Below are positions 18,984-27,869 of a stretch of DNA of 64,000 nucleotides, piece after piece (within the stretch, counting starts at the first letter, position 1; each line of letters begins with the position of its first letter). The notes below the pieces were generated by a model that was not told the origin of the DNA, made no database searches, and saw only the letters and a list, made by a program, of their open reading frames with translations. The position numbers and the translations under genes were made by a program. The DNA is taken from assembly GCA_963807365.1 (NCBI GenBank), contig CAWEBR010000005.1:10087-74086 (forward strand). The letters are read 5' to 3'. The stretch comes from Pyrinomonadaceae bacterium (lineage in GTDB: Bacteria; Acidobacteriota; Blastocatellia; Pyrinomonadales; Pyrinomonadaceae).

Positions 18984-19213
18984 TATTTCTTAACTAAGGG
19001 CTTCGCTGCTTCCCTGCCCTTGGCCGTCAGCGAATAAAAATCATTTCCCATTTCTTCAAGCAAGCCTTCTCTTACCAATTTCTCGACTATGTCAAAAACA
19101 CTTGTCCGCGCCTCCGGGTCGTTGCCTCCAGCCTCAAACAGCGTGTGCAGATCGAGCGAATCTTTTCCCCAATGCCCAAAGCTCCCGAGCACGCGCTTAG
19201 TGAGTTCGTCCAT
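18983..19213 (-). CDS. small hypothetical soluble protein (76 aa)
   Basis: ORF whose stop codon overlaps the start codon of the DUF420 gene by 1 nt (shared base 18983). No family recognised. Confidence 0.5.
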   Translation of the reverse strand: MDELTKRVLGSFGHWGKDSLDLHTLFEAGGNDPEARTSVFDIVEKLVREGLLEEMGNDFYSLTAKGREAAKPLVKK

Positions 19214-19219
19214 AAGGTC

Positions 19220-19582
19220 CTAGTCCTTCGACGTTGGATTCATGTTGGCGATCATGGATTTTACGTCGGGTGGGACTGCCCTGCCTTTCGCGTCGAGCAG
19301 TGGTGGCGTGACGGTACCACCTCCGGCCGCCTGGACGGCTGGAATCCGAGGCTGCATCCCCAGCCGCTTAGCAAATGGAATCGGCAGCCGGCCTTCGGAA
19401 TGAAGGTAGAACAGAGGGTTAACCATGAACAGGAGGGCCATTACCAGGCAGACCGAAATAATGAACAAGTTGTCGGTGCTGAGAAGCGGAGGATAGAACA
19501 GCGCGGTCACCACCGCGAAAGCGATGAATAGAAGTCCCACGAGGATGCTAATGAGATTTAGTAAGCCTAGTTCTCTCTTCAT
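19220..19582 (-). CDS. hypothetical membrane protein (120 aa, 2 TM)
   Basis: Two hydrophobic helices, then a Pro-rich tail. Tight spacing within the minus-strand gene string. Confidence 0.55.
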   Translation of the reverse strand: MKRELGLLNLISILVGLLFIAFAVVTALFYPPLLSTDNLFIISVCLVMALLFMVNPLFYLHSEGRLPIPFAKRLGMQPRIPAVQAAGGGTVTPPLLDAKGRAVPPDVKSMIANMNPTSKD

Positions 19583-19599
19583 CGATCGACCTCAATGCC

Positions 19600-19815
19600 T
19601 TAGTGTTTCACTTTGCCGACAGCTTTCTGCCGCTCCGACATTTCTTCATAACCGCAGCGCTCACACTGCCAAACCGGAAACACTGCACTCGGGTCGCCGG
19701 CACTCTGATAAACAGCGCGATCTGATGGGATTATCTTGCCACCGCAGATGGGACACACGCGGCCCCGCGTAGTTCGCTTCTCGACATCAATGCGTTGCAG
19801 GGTTTCCTCAGCCAT
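19600..19815 (-). CDS. small zinc-ribbon protein
   Basis: MAEETLQRIDVEKRTTRGRVCPICGGKI...VWQCERCGYEE (CxxC ... CxxC). ATG 19815 avoids overlap with the upstream ORF. Confidence 0.5.
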   Translation of the reverse strand: MAEETLQRIDVEKRTTRGRVCPICGGKIIPSDRAVYQSAGDPSAVFPVWQCERCGYEEMSERQKAVGKVKH

Positions 19816-19852
19816 AAAAAACACTTCGGAGTCTGGAGTGGCAACTGATTGC

Positions 19853-20110
19853 CTAGTTCTCCTGGTTCTCATCAACCATCCTATGTCTTCTCAAAACTAT
19901 GAATATGGAACAGAAGATCGTAACCGGAGGAATCAACAACACCAGCACCCCGATATTGAAATTCCGGATGAACAACGCGTTGTTGGAGCCGGCCAGGGCA
20001 GTTCTGCACATCCCACACTGCGCGAGAGTAGTCAATTCACCAGCGAGCACCGCCGCAATGGCGATGCAAACTGCCAAACACAGACTTGTCTGCCGCGAAA
20101 TCTTCATCAA
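19853..20110 (-). CDS. small membrane protein with CxxC between two TM helices
   Basis: MKISRQTSLCLAVCIAIAAVLAGELTTLAQCGMCRTALAG...IGVLVLLIPPVTIFCSIFIVL. 4-nt overlap with the subunit IV gene. Confidence 0.5.
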   Translation of the reverse strand: MMKISRQTSLCLAVCIAIAAVLAGELTTLAQCGMCRTALAGSNNALFIRNFNIGVLVLLIPPVTIFCSIFIVLRRHRMVDENQEN

Positions 20111-20460
20111 TGACTCTCGACCGGCGCAGGTGGACTCTCCTTGAATTTATAACGCAGGTCAGACGATCGAAAACTGTCAGGAAAGAACACAAAAAGGAGG
20201 AGGATGCAGACGACCAGCATCGGCACAATCGTCAGGATCAAACTCAATCGCTCAAACTTCAAGTGCATGAAATAAGCGACGATCAACGCTGCCTTGATAA
20301 TCGAGAGGCCGAGCAGGATCGTCAACATTAGGACGGTTGACATCGGTTTGTATGCGAGTCCGATCTCAATCAACGTCAGGACCACCAGCCAGATCCAAAT
20401 CGAAGTAAACAGCTTGTTGCTGCCGGCAAAGTGTTCATGTTCTTCAGCGTGTGCGCTCAT
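20107..20460 (-). CDS. cytochrome c oxidase subunit IV (prokaryotic COX4 family)
   Basis: ATG 20460 with GGAGGA 7 nt upstream. MSAHAEEHEHFAGSNKLFTSIWIWLVVLTLIEIGLAY...IKAALIVAYFMHLKFE. Confidence 0.85.
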   Translation of the reverse strand: MSAHAEEHEHFAGSNKLFTSIWIWLVVLTLIEIGLAYKPMSTVLMLTILLGLSIIKAALIVAYFMHLKFERLSLILTIVPMLVVCILLLFVFFPDSFRSSDLRYKFKESPPAPVESH

Positions 20461-20482
20461 TCTGAATCCTCCTTCTTCCGGC

Positions 20483-21154
20483 TTAGTGGCCATCAATATG
20501 GACGGACATGATGTAGATCAACGGGAACACAAACATCCAGACGAGGTCTACGAAGTGCCAGTAGAGACCGCTAATCTCGATGTCCTCGTGCTTCAGTTTC
20601 TTGACTCGGGCCGCAACCACCGCGAGGTAAATCGCGCCGGTGAAGACGTGAAACATGTGCAGTCCAGTAATCGCAAAGAAGGTGGCGCCAAACAATGGCG
20701 AGGGCAACGTACCATCAGCGGTGGTGTATTGCGTCACCCATTGGGCCGGCAGCGAGAACGGGGTCAGGCCCTGATGAATCAGGTGGTTCCATTCGTAAAG
20801 GTGAAGACCCAGAAATGCGAAGCCAAAGAAGATGGTCGCGATAATCCATTTCCTCGCCGCCTTCCAGTCGCCCCGGCTCGAAGCTGAAACCCCAAACACC
20901 ATCGTCAAACTCGACGAGAGCAGGCACATCGTCATAAGCGACGAAAAGAGAATGCTGGGATTGAAGTGAAATGGCGTGGGCCAGACGTTTGACGCGCGCA
21001 AGTAGCTGTAGCCGATTAGCAGCGCGGAAAACGTTAACGAGTCGGAAACAATGAACAACCACATTCCGAGCTTGCGATGACCGATGCGATATGGATGGAC
21101 CCCGCCATCCCAGTCGGCCGCCGGAAAATGTACTGCGCGTGCTTCAGTACTCAC
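20483..21154 (-). CDS. ctaE: cytochrome c oxidase subunit III
   Basis: 223 aa, haem-copper oxidase subunit III family (GMWLFIVSDSLTFSALL..., FFAITGLHMFHVFTG..., GLYWHFVDLVWMFVFPLIY). Confidence 0.9.
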   Translation of the reverse strand: MSTEARAVHFPAADWDGGVHPYRIGHRKLGMWLFIVSDSLTFSALLIGYSYLRASNVWPTPFHFNPSILFSSLMTMCLLSSSLTMVFGVSASSRGDWKAARKWIIATIFFGFAFLGLHLYEWNHLIHQGLTPFSLPAQWVTQYTTADGTLPSPLFGATFFAITGLHMFHVFTGAIYLAVVAARVKKLKHEDIEISGLYWHFVDLVWMFVFPLIYIMSVHIDGH

Positions 21155-21195
21155 CTGTCACCTCCCGAAGAATGAAGACGTTGATTACTTCCGAT

Positions 21196-21885
21196 TTACG
21201 AACGCCAGAAAAACAACAACACAAACAGGTAGATCCACAGGACATCCAGGAAATGCCAGTAGATCGTCAGCGCATCCACTGCCGCTTGTCCTTTGGCTGT
21301 CGTCATGGCATCGGCGCTGTTTGATCTCGCCCGCATTGCCATGAACAACAAGCGCCAGCAAACCTCCTATCAGGTGGACACCGTGCGTCGCAGTCAGGAG
21401 GTAGAAGAACGAACTGTGTGGATTGCTGGAAACGTAAATTCCCTGCCCGACCAGTTGCCGCCAGGCAAAAAGCTGTGACAACAGAAATGCGATGCCCACT
21501 GCGGCGCTGAGCAAGAAGCCACCGCCGGTGCGCGCTCAGAAACTCTCCTCTTAGTTTTCGGCGAGCCGTTTCGAGCGTAATGCTGCTGCACAATAATCAG
21601 CGCGGTGCTTAACCACATCACGCGCGGCATCGCCAGCGGCTGCCAGTCGTTCGATGATCCCGAGCGCACGATGTAAGCGCTGGTCAAAGCCGTAAACATC
21701 ATCAGAATCGACGCCATCCCAACCCACATCCCAATTCGGTAACGATTGGCCGAAGACTGGATGCGCGCCGCGTCGTCGTAGCCGTTTCGCTTCGGCGAAC
21801 TATTGCCGTTTGGACCGCGCGGTTTCGAGCCGCCGCCAAATCCCGTTTTAATGATCGGCTTAGTGCCGGTGACCGTTGTGGCCAT
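21196..21885 (-). pseudogene. second subunit III-like oxidase protein, frame broken at least three times
   Basis: MATTVTGTKP...RIGMWVGMASILMMFTALTSAYIVR...WLSTALIIV (frame a). SSITLETARRKLRGE (frame b). LLSAAVGIAFLLSQLFAWRQLVGQGIYVSSNPHSSFFYLLTATHGVHLIGGLLALVV (frame c). AVDALTIYWHFLDVLWIYLFVLLFFWRS* (fourth frame segment, stop 21196-21198). Confidence 0.8.
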
Positions 21886-23716
21886 TCCCTGTTCCCTCGC
21901 TTGCCGGGACCGTGCCCGGCTCGGGCTCAGTCTGCATAATGAAATCTTTCGGCGCGCCCGGAACCGCAAACTCATACGGCCCGCGATAGACGGTCGGGAT
22001 TACGCCGGCGAAATTGTCGTGCACCGGCGGACTTGTCGTGATCCACTCGAGCGTCGTCGCTTCCCATGGGTTGTCGCCGGCTGGCTTGCCCTTGAACAGA
22101 CTCCACACCAGGTTGAAGTAGAAAAGAACCTGGACGATTACGGTGGCGATTGCCGCGATGGAAACGAAGATAACGAGCGGGTGCAACGTGGCCAGGAATT
22201 CATATTCCGTAAACTGGGCAAAGCGACGCGGCATGCCGACGATCCCCATCGTGTGCATAGGGACAAAGATGCAATAGACGCCCACGAAAGTGATCCAGAA
22301 ATGGATTTGCCCGAGCCGCTCGTTCATCATCCGGCCAAACATCTTCGGGAACCAGAAATAGGTGCCGGCAAACATCCCGAAGATTGAAGCCACTCCCATC
22401 ACCAGGTGGAAATGGGCTGTCACGAAATACGTATCGTGCATAGCCAGGTCCAGCGAGCTCTGGCCCAGGACGAGACCCGTAATTCCTCCGGCCACGAAGA
22501 GAGACACAAAGCCGAGCGAGAAAAGCATCGGCGTGGTGAATCGAATTCTGCCTCCCCACAACGTACCCAGCCAGTTGAAAGTCTTAACGGCCGAGGGAAC
22601 GCCGATGGCAAGAGTCAGGATGGAAAAAGTCATCGCCGAATATGGGCTCATGCCGCTGATGAACATGTGGTGGCCCCACACGAAAAATCCCAGCAAGCCA
22701 ATCGCGAAGATCGCAAATACCATCGCGCGATAGCCGAACACCGGCTTGCGCGCGAAGGTGGCAAGAATATGAGACGTGGCGCCCATGCCGGGCAGAATAG
22801 CTATATAGACCTCGGGGTGTCCGAAAAACCAGAATAAATGCTGCCAGAGGATGGGCGAGCCGCCGGTATGAATCGGGAAGTTGGCTGAGGCGCCTGAAAG
22901 CTCACCGCCCAAGTAAAGCCCGCCCGGAATAAAGAAGCTGGTTCCCGCCGTTCTATCCAACAGCAACAACACACCGCCGCCGAGGAGGACCGGGAACGAC
23001 AGTAGCGCCAGCACCGCCGTCGTAAACCACGCCCAACAGGTCAGGGGCATGCGCATCAACGACATTCCCGGCGCGCGCATGTTAAGCAGCGTAGTGATAA
23101 AGTTCAGCGCGCCCAGCAAGGATCCCACACAGAAGATCGCAATGCTGATGATCCAAAGGTTCATGCCCATGCCCTGCCCGGGCCCGGCATTCGGCAACGC
23201 GCTTAGCGGCGCGTAACCCGTCCACCCTCCAATCGGGCCGACCGTTGATTCAGCTCCCGAAAAAAAGATGGCCGCGAGAATTACTACAAACCCGACGAAG
23301 GTGACCCAGAACGAGAGCATATTCAGAACGGGAAACGCCATGTCTTCCGCGCCAATTTGAATCGGCAGAAAATAGTTTCCGAAACCGCCCTGGGGCGCAG
23401 TTGTAAGCACGAAGAACACCATGATGGTTCCGTGCATGGTCACCAGTGACAGGTAGAATTCCGGCGTCATCATCCCATCGGGCGCACCACCCGGAAACAG
23501 AGTGCCCAGAATGGGCCAATTCGTTCCCGGCCAGGACAAATTCATTCGCATCAGCACAGACATCGTCATGCCTACGAGCACCGCAGCCAGGGCCAGAATG
23601 ATGTACTGGATGCCGATGACCTTGTGATCCAGGCTGAAGATGTACTTGCGAATGAAGCTGGTGGGCGGCTCGTGCCGGTGCACTGCTCCGTGCGTATCGT
23701 GCGTTTCTCCTGACAT
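21860..23716 (-). CDS. ctaD: cytochrome c oxidase subunit I (haem-copper oxidase, A-type)
   Basis: 618 aa. FFGHPEVYIAILPG, WGHHMF, VTAHFHLVMG and other canonical subunit I segments. Confidence 0.97.
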   Translation of the reverse strand: MSGETHDTHGAVHRHEPPTSFIRKYIFSLDHKVIGIQYIILALAAVLVGMTMSVLMRMNLSWPGTNWPILGTLFPGGAPDGMMTPEFYLSLVTMHGTIMVFFVLTTAPQGGFGNYFLPIQIGAEDMAFPVLNMLSFWVTFVGFVVILAAIFFSGAESTVGPIGGWTGYAPLSALPNAGPGQGMGMNLWIISIAIFCVGSLLGALNFITTLLNMRAPGMSLMRMPLTCWAWFTTAVLALLSFPVLLGGGVLLLLDRTAGTSFFIPGGLYLGGELSGASANFPIHTGGSPILWQHLFWFFGHPEVYIAILPGMGATSHILATFARKPVFGYRAMVFAIFAIGLLGFFVWGHHMFISGMSPYSAMTFSILTLAIGVPSAVKTFNWLGTLWGGRIRFTTPMLFSLGFVSLFVAGGITGLVLGQSSLDLAMHDTYFVTAHFHLVMGVASIFGMFAGTYFWFPKMFGRMMNERLGQIHFWITFVGVYCIFVPMHTMGIVGMPRRFAQFTEYEFLATLHPLVIFVSIAAIATVIVQVLFYFNLVWSLFKGKPAGDNPWEATTLEWITTSPPVHDNFAGVIPTVYRGPYEFAVPGAPKDFIMQTEPEPGTVPASEGTGNGHNGHRH

Positions 23717-23789
23717 CCGATATCTCCTCGTGGTAGAGCCCGAATTTACTGGAAACGTTAGGCGCTGCTATCAAGTCTACAAAACAAAG

Positions 23790-24641
23790 TCAATTATTTG
23801 ACGCCGGCAACTTGTACTTAGCCAGCAACTCAGTCATGCGGGTTTGAAACTGCTCCTGAGGTAAGCCAATCAGTTCCGTATGTTCATCAGTCGGAAGAAC
23901 CAGCATGAAACTTCGCATCTTGAAATGGAGCTGGCCGCAGAGCTCGGCGCAGGCGAGTTCATACTTGCCCGGTGTGTTGGCGGTGAAGTGGACCTTGATT
24001 GCCATCCCCGGAACGAGATCCTGCTTAAACCGCAGCTGCGGTACCCAGAAATTATGGATGACGTCTTTTGAACGAAGCGTCAGCTCCACGGGGCGTCCGG
24101 CCGGAATCGCAATCACGCTATGGACCGCATCGTCCTTCGCGCTGGGGTCAGCTTCGTCAATGCCTATGAAATTGAGCGCCGAATCGTCTATCAGGGTTGG
24201 ATGGGTGCGGCCAAAGACGCCGTCCTTGCCGGCGTAATGGAAGTTCCATTGAAACTGTTGGGCCACAACTTCGACCTGAAACGAACCCGCGGGCGCATCA
24301 TTGAACCTTAGTGATGCCCATACGCTTTGTCCCATCACTGCGAGACCAATGAAGATCACTGCCGTGACGATCGTCCAGACCACTTCAAGGCGATTGCTGC
24401 CATGTGTGTACATGGCCCGATCGGTGGGGCCGCGGTCCCGGTACTTCCAAACCATCCAGCCGAGTCCGACTTGCGCTGCCGTGAAGGAAATACCAACCAC
24501 GATTATCGTCAACAGAAACTGCCGATCGAGAGCCGGCGCGTGTTCAGAGATAGCGGTGGGAAACCACCACTTGTTGACGAAAAAGAGACTGATCGAACCC
24601 AGAGTCAGGATCCAGATAATAACCGCAAGAGCACGTCCCAT
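23790..24641 (-). CDS. ctaC: cytochrome c oxidase subunit II (CuA, no fused cytochrome c domain)
   Basis: 283 aa, two N-terminal TM helices, CuA site H...CAELCGQLHFKM. Confidence 0.93.
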   Translation of the reverse strand: MGRALAVIIWILTLGSISLFFVNKWWFPTAISEHAPALDRQFLLTIIVVGISFTAAQVGLGWMVWKYRDRGPTDRAMYTHGSNRLEVVWTIVTAVIFIGLAVMGQSVWASLRFNDAPAGSFQVEVVAQQFQWNFHYAGKDGVFGRTHPTLIDDSALNFIGIDEADPSAKDDAVHSVIAIPAGRPVELTLRSKDVIHNFWVPQLRFKQDLVPGMAIKVHFTANTPGKYELACAELCGQLHFKMRSFMLVLPTDEHTELIGLPQEQFQTRMTELLAKYKLPASNN

Positions 24642-24660
24642 CGGTTAGATCTCCTTGATT

Positions 24661-24728
24661 GTCCGACAAACTTTAGTTTGTCGCTCATTCGACTTATGCG
24701 TGATTCGACAAACTGAAGTTTGTCGGAC
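24661..24728. repeat. double-palindrome intergenic repeat, copy 2
   Basis: GTCCGACAAACTTTAGTTTGTCG (24661-24683), 22-nt spacer, CGACAAACTGAAGTTTGTCGGAC (24706-24728). Both arms identical to copy 1. Abuts the ctaB stop codon. Confidence 0.9.
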
Positions 24729-25684
24729 TACTTACTATTGATGACCATCAAAATAAACAAGAGGGGCAGATAGATCACCGAAACCAGCAAAAGCCTGCGG
24801 GCCTCTTGTCTGGACTTGGAAAACGCTGCGCGCAAACTGCTGTAAAGAAAGAGCAATCCGAGAACGATTGCGCCGTAGAGATAAACCTTGCCGGCAATTC
24901 CCAGCGCTGTCGGTAGCAGGCTGACCGGCAATAACATCAAGGTGTAAACCACAATTTGTTGGCCGGTCACTTTTCCATCGGGCTCAACCACCGGCAACAT
25001 GAGAATGCCGGCGCGCCCGTAATCTTCGCGATACATCCATGCGATCGCCAGGAAGTGGGGAAATTGCCAGAGAAACAAGATCGCAAATAACACCCATGCT
25101 TCCAGACCTAGCTCGCCACGGGCCGCTGCCCAACCAATCAGCGGCGGCGCGGCTCCCGGAAAAGCCCCCACCATTGTTGACAGAGACGTTCGCGTTTTCA
25201 GTGGCGTGTACGCAAATAGATATCCGGCGATGACGGTGAGGCCTATTAAACCAGTCAATGGATTGACAAAGACCGACAGGTAAACCTCCGCCAGCACCGT
25301 GAGCGTGATGCCGAAAGTTAACGCCTCCCATGGCATTAGTTTTCCCGAAGGCAACGGTCGATTGGCAGTGCGACGCATCAACAAATCGAGGTCGCGTTCC
25401 ATATATTGATTAAGCGTCGCGATGCCCGAGGACAATAGCGCTATGCCAAACATCGACTTGCTCATCAAGGCGTAGTCGATAGTGGCAGTCGATGCCAGGG
25501 CGAAACCGGCCGCGGCCGTGAGTACGATGAGAAAAGTAATCCGCGGCTTGGTCAGCTCCATGAAGGCGGCAAACCGTTCGCGTGCTCTCAAACGCTCGAG
25601 TTGGACCACTGACCCGGGATTGAGTTCTATGGCAAATTCTTCCATGTACCTATTCTTAAAGCTCGCAGCGGAGCTGCCCGCCAA
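24728..25684 (-). CDS. ctaB: protohaem IX farnesyltransferase (haem O synthase)
   Basis: 318 aa, UbiA family (TKPRITFLIVLTAAAGF, NQYMERDLDLLMRRTANRPLPSG). Confidence 0.93.
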   Translation of the reverse strand: MAGSSAASFKNRYMEEFAIELNPGSVVQLERLRARERFAAFMELTKPRITFLIVLTAAAGFALASTATIDYALMSKSMFGIALLSSGIATLNQYMERDLDLLMRRTANRPLPSGKLMPWEALTFGITLTVLAEVYLSVFVNPLTGLIGLTVIAGYLFAYTPLKTRTSLSTMVGAFPGAAPPLIGWAAARGELGLEAWVLFAILFLWQFPHFLAIAWMYREDYGRAGILMLPVVEPDGKVTGQQIVVYTLMLLPVSLLPTALGIAGKVYLYGAIVLGLLFLYSSLRAAFSKSRQEARRLLLVSVIYLPLLFILMVINSK

Positions 25685-25721
25685 AGCCTGAACTCTGAAC
25701 TACCGAACCGAACTAAATTCT

Positions 25722-26726
25722 TCATGAGCGTTGCGGCGATACGGACAATTGAAACGATTCCGGAGCGCGCAGGACCTTAAACGATCTCAGTGTTAAAACA
25801 ATCGTAGTCGCAAACACCAGCGCGCCGCACGCTACGTGCGCCACGGTAATGCCGATCATCGGGTGCAGCGGCTGCGGATCATTAGGAGAGCCCAGCCTCG
25901 TTATGTATGCCGCTATCCCCAACATAACTTGCAGGACCAGCAACAACAGGGCCACCTTGGCCGGCTTCGTCAGAAACTGTTCTCCGGTGTGGCGTTTTCG
26001 GAGTAGAAACAAGGCCGTGCCCAGCAACACTGTGACTACCACCGCGCCCGCAACGTGCGCCACCAGCAGTTCCGTCGGCAGATGTTGGTCCCAGGTGGCT
26101 GAATGCCGGAGCGTGGCCCCAATAATCAGTTGCACCAGAATTGCCGCGGCTGCGCCCACGCACAAATAACGAAACGGCAAACTGCCCTGTTCTTCAATCG
26201 CCGGCTGCTCTCGCATCCAACTCCGGGAAGTGAAAACTGCCAGACTTACCACCGTACAGAAGAAGAGTTGCGCGAGCGTGGCGTGGGCTGAAGAAACCCA
26301 CAACGGCAGCAACAATTTCACCGTTAAGCCGCCAAGCAGTCCCTGGGCGATTACCCCAATCAGAGCAATCATGCCCAGTCGCCTTACCCAGAGCCGCTTT
26401 TCTACCCGATACAGATAGAAGACTAACCCGATGGTTAGCAGCCCGACGGTGGTGGCAATCATTCGGTGGCCATGTTCCCAGAATAGATTGCCGACCATGT
26501 TGACTCCGGTGCGCATTCCCAGAGCTTCAATCTTCGGCAGAAACGCGCCTTCGGTGAGCGGCCAGTCGGGCGTGGCCAGCCCGGCAGCATTGCTGGTGAC
26601 CAGCGCGCCGGCAACAATCAGGAAAAATGTTGCCCCGGCGACGATGCACGCGAGCCAGTGTAATCCCCTGTTCATATTCCGATTTGCGATTGCCGATTGC
26701 CGATCGAAAGCACTCCCTATTCTCAA
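25722..26726 (-). CDS. ctaA: haem A synthase (COX15/CtaA family)
   Basis: 334 aa, about 8 TM with conserved His in helices (WEHGHRMIA, SSAHATLAQ, GATLRHS, VAHVAGA). Position next to ctaB. Confidence 0.85.
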   Translation of the reverse strand: MRIGSAFDRQSAIANRNMNRGLHWLACIVAGATFFLIVAGALVTSNAAGLATPDWPLTEGAFLPKIEALGMRTGVNMVGNLFWEHGHRMIATTVGLLTIGLVFYLYRVEKRLWVRRLGMIALIGVIAQGLLGGLTVKLLLPLWVSSAHATLAQLFFCTVVSLAVFTSRSWMREQPAIEEQGSLPFRYLCVGAAAAILVQLIIGATLRHSATWDQHLPTELLVAHVAGAVVVTVLLGTALFLLRKRHTGEQFLTKPAKVALLLLVLQVMLGIAAYITRLGSPNDPQPLHPMIGITVAHVACGALVFATTIVLTLRSFKVLRAPESFQLSVSPQRS

Positions 26727-26776
26727 CTCTGGCGAGCTCTCATTCGAAAATCGGCAACCGGTAACCGGCAGCCCCC

Positions 26777-27661
26777 TCAGTGTCTGACGAACATCGGCAA
26801 CTCAAGAGCGGGCATCATTTCAAGTCCAGGTCTGGTGGAAACAGTTGCCGCGTCCCCAAAAGCGAAATCAGCCGTGGCCGTTCCATTTGCCGCCACTGTG
26901 ACTTCCATCGTCTTTTCCGTACCGTTTGCACCACCCTTCTCGTGCCAGGCCGCGATGGTGTATTTTCCGGGAGGCAGGCCCTTAATTGAGAAAGTGCCAT
27001 CGGCGCCGCTAACGGCGAAGAACGGATGTTTCACCACCGCAACGTATGACTTCATCCATGGATGCTGATCGCACTTGACGGGAATCAGCACTTCATGTCG
27101 CGCGAAGGTTTTCTCGATAGGCGCGGCGCCATTCGGCTGAGTCTGGTTCCAACCGGGGTTGCTCTTCGGATTCGGGTGGATGTTGTGTTGCGTCGGGTCA
27201 CTATTCGTAACCTTGAGCTTCTGATTCACCTGGAGCCCCGTCACATGCGGCACGTATTGGCAGCCTTTTTGATCGAGGTTAACCGCGTCGGTTGGGGTAG
27301 TGAAAGTGTAGTCGCCAATCTTCGTTCCGTCGGTTGCGGCGCCGTCTTTGACGTAGACAAAGACATTTGCCAGCTTACCGTCCTTGACCGCGGTGTCTTC
27401 GGTCATGAGATTTGGGTTAGCGGTGCCGCATGCGGGATCCGCTGAAGTATCTATTTTCTTTGGCGCTGGTGGAGTTCCGTTGAAAGAAATCGCTCCGCTC
27501 ACCGTTCCCTCGTCGCCTTTTGTCGCATAGGCCTTGCCGGGTTTCGTGGTATCGGAAGCCGAACCGCCTTCTTCAGCCGGCTTGCTGCCGCACGCAGCAG
27601 CCAGCGTCAGTAGTGAAAGAATCGAGGTCAGGACAAACCAGACCTTTATCTGCTTAAACAT
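26777..27661 (-). CDS. lipoprotein: cupredoxin (type-1 copper) domain fused to CarboxypepD_reg-like domain
   Basis: Signal peptide plus lipobox (LTLAAAC). Candidate T1Cu ligands: H in TQHNIHP and C-x2-H-x2-M in VKCDQHPWM. C-terminal GTFSIKGLPPGKYTIAAWHEKGG beta-sandwich. Confidence 0.7.
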   Translation of the reverse strand: MFKQIKVWFVLTSILSLLTLAAACGSKPAEEGGSASDTTKPGKAYATKGDEGTVSGAISFNGTPPAPKKIDTSADPACGTANPNLMTEDTAVKDGKLANVFVYVKDGAATDGTKIGDYTFTTPTDAVNLDQKGCQYVPHVTGLQVNQKLKVTNSDPTQHNIHPNPKSNPGWNQTQPNGAAPIEKTFARHEVLIPVKCDQHPWMKSYVAVVKHPFFAVSGADGTFSIKGLPPGKYTIAAWHEKGGANGTEKTMEVTVAANGTATADFAFGDAATVSTRPGLEMMPALELPMFVRH

Positions 27662-27778
27662 AATCAGTTCCTCCAGGAGTGAATAACTTTAGAATAACTT
27701 TATCACGAGCGACGACGAGAAGTAGACCCGTCAGTGCCGCATGCATCGTCCAATCTTAGCCTTCTCTGTGCGTCCTTT

Positions 27779-27844
27779 GTGTTCTCTGTGTCTCTGTGGT
27801 GAGCGGTCGAAGGCAAAAATTCACCACAGAGACACAGAGAACAC
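27779..27844. repeat. perfect 24-bp inverted repeat (hairpin) between cytochrome c and cupredoxin genes
   Basis: GTGTTCTCTGTGTCTCTGTGGTGA (27779-27802), 18-nt loop, TCACCACAGAGACACAGAGAACAC (27821-27844). Flanks extend the pairing imperfectly (27761-27862). Confidence 0.9.
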
Positions 27845-27869
27845 GGAGATCATACAGAGAATAGGTGCC

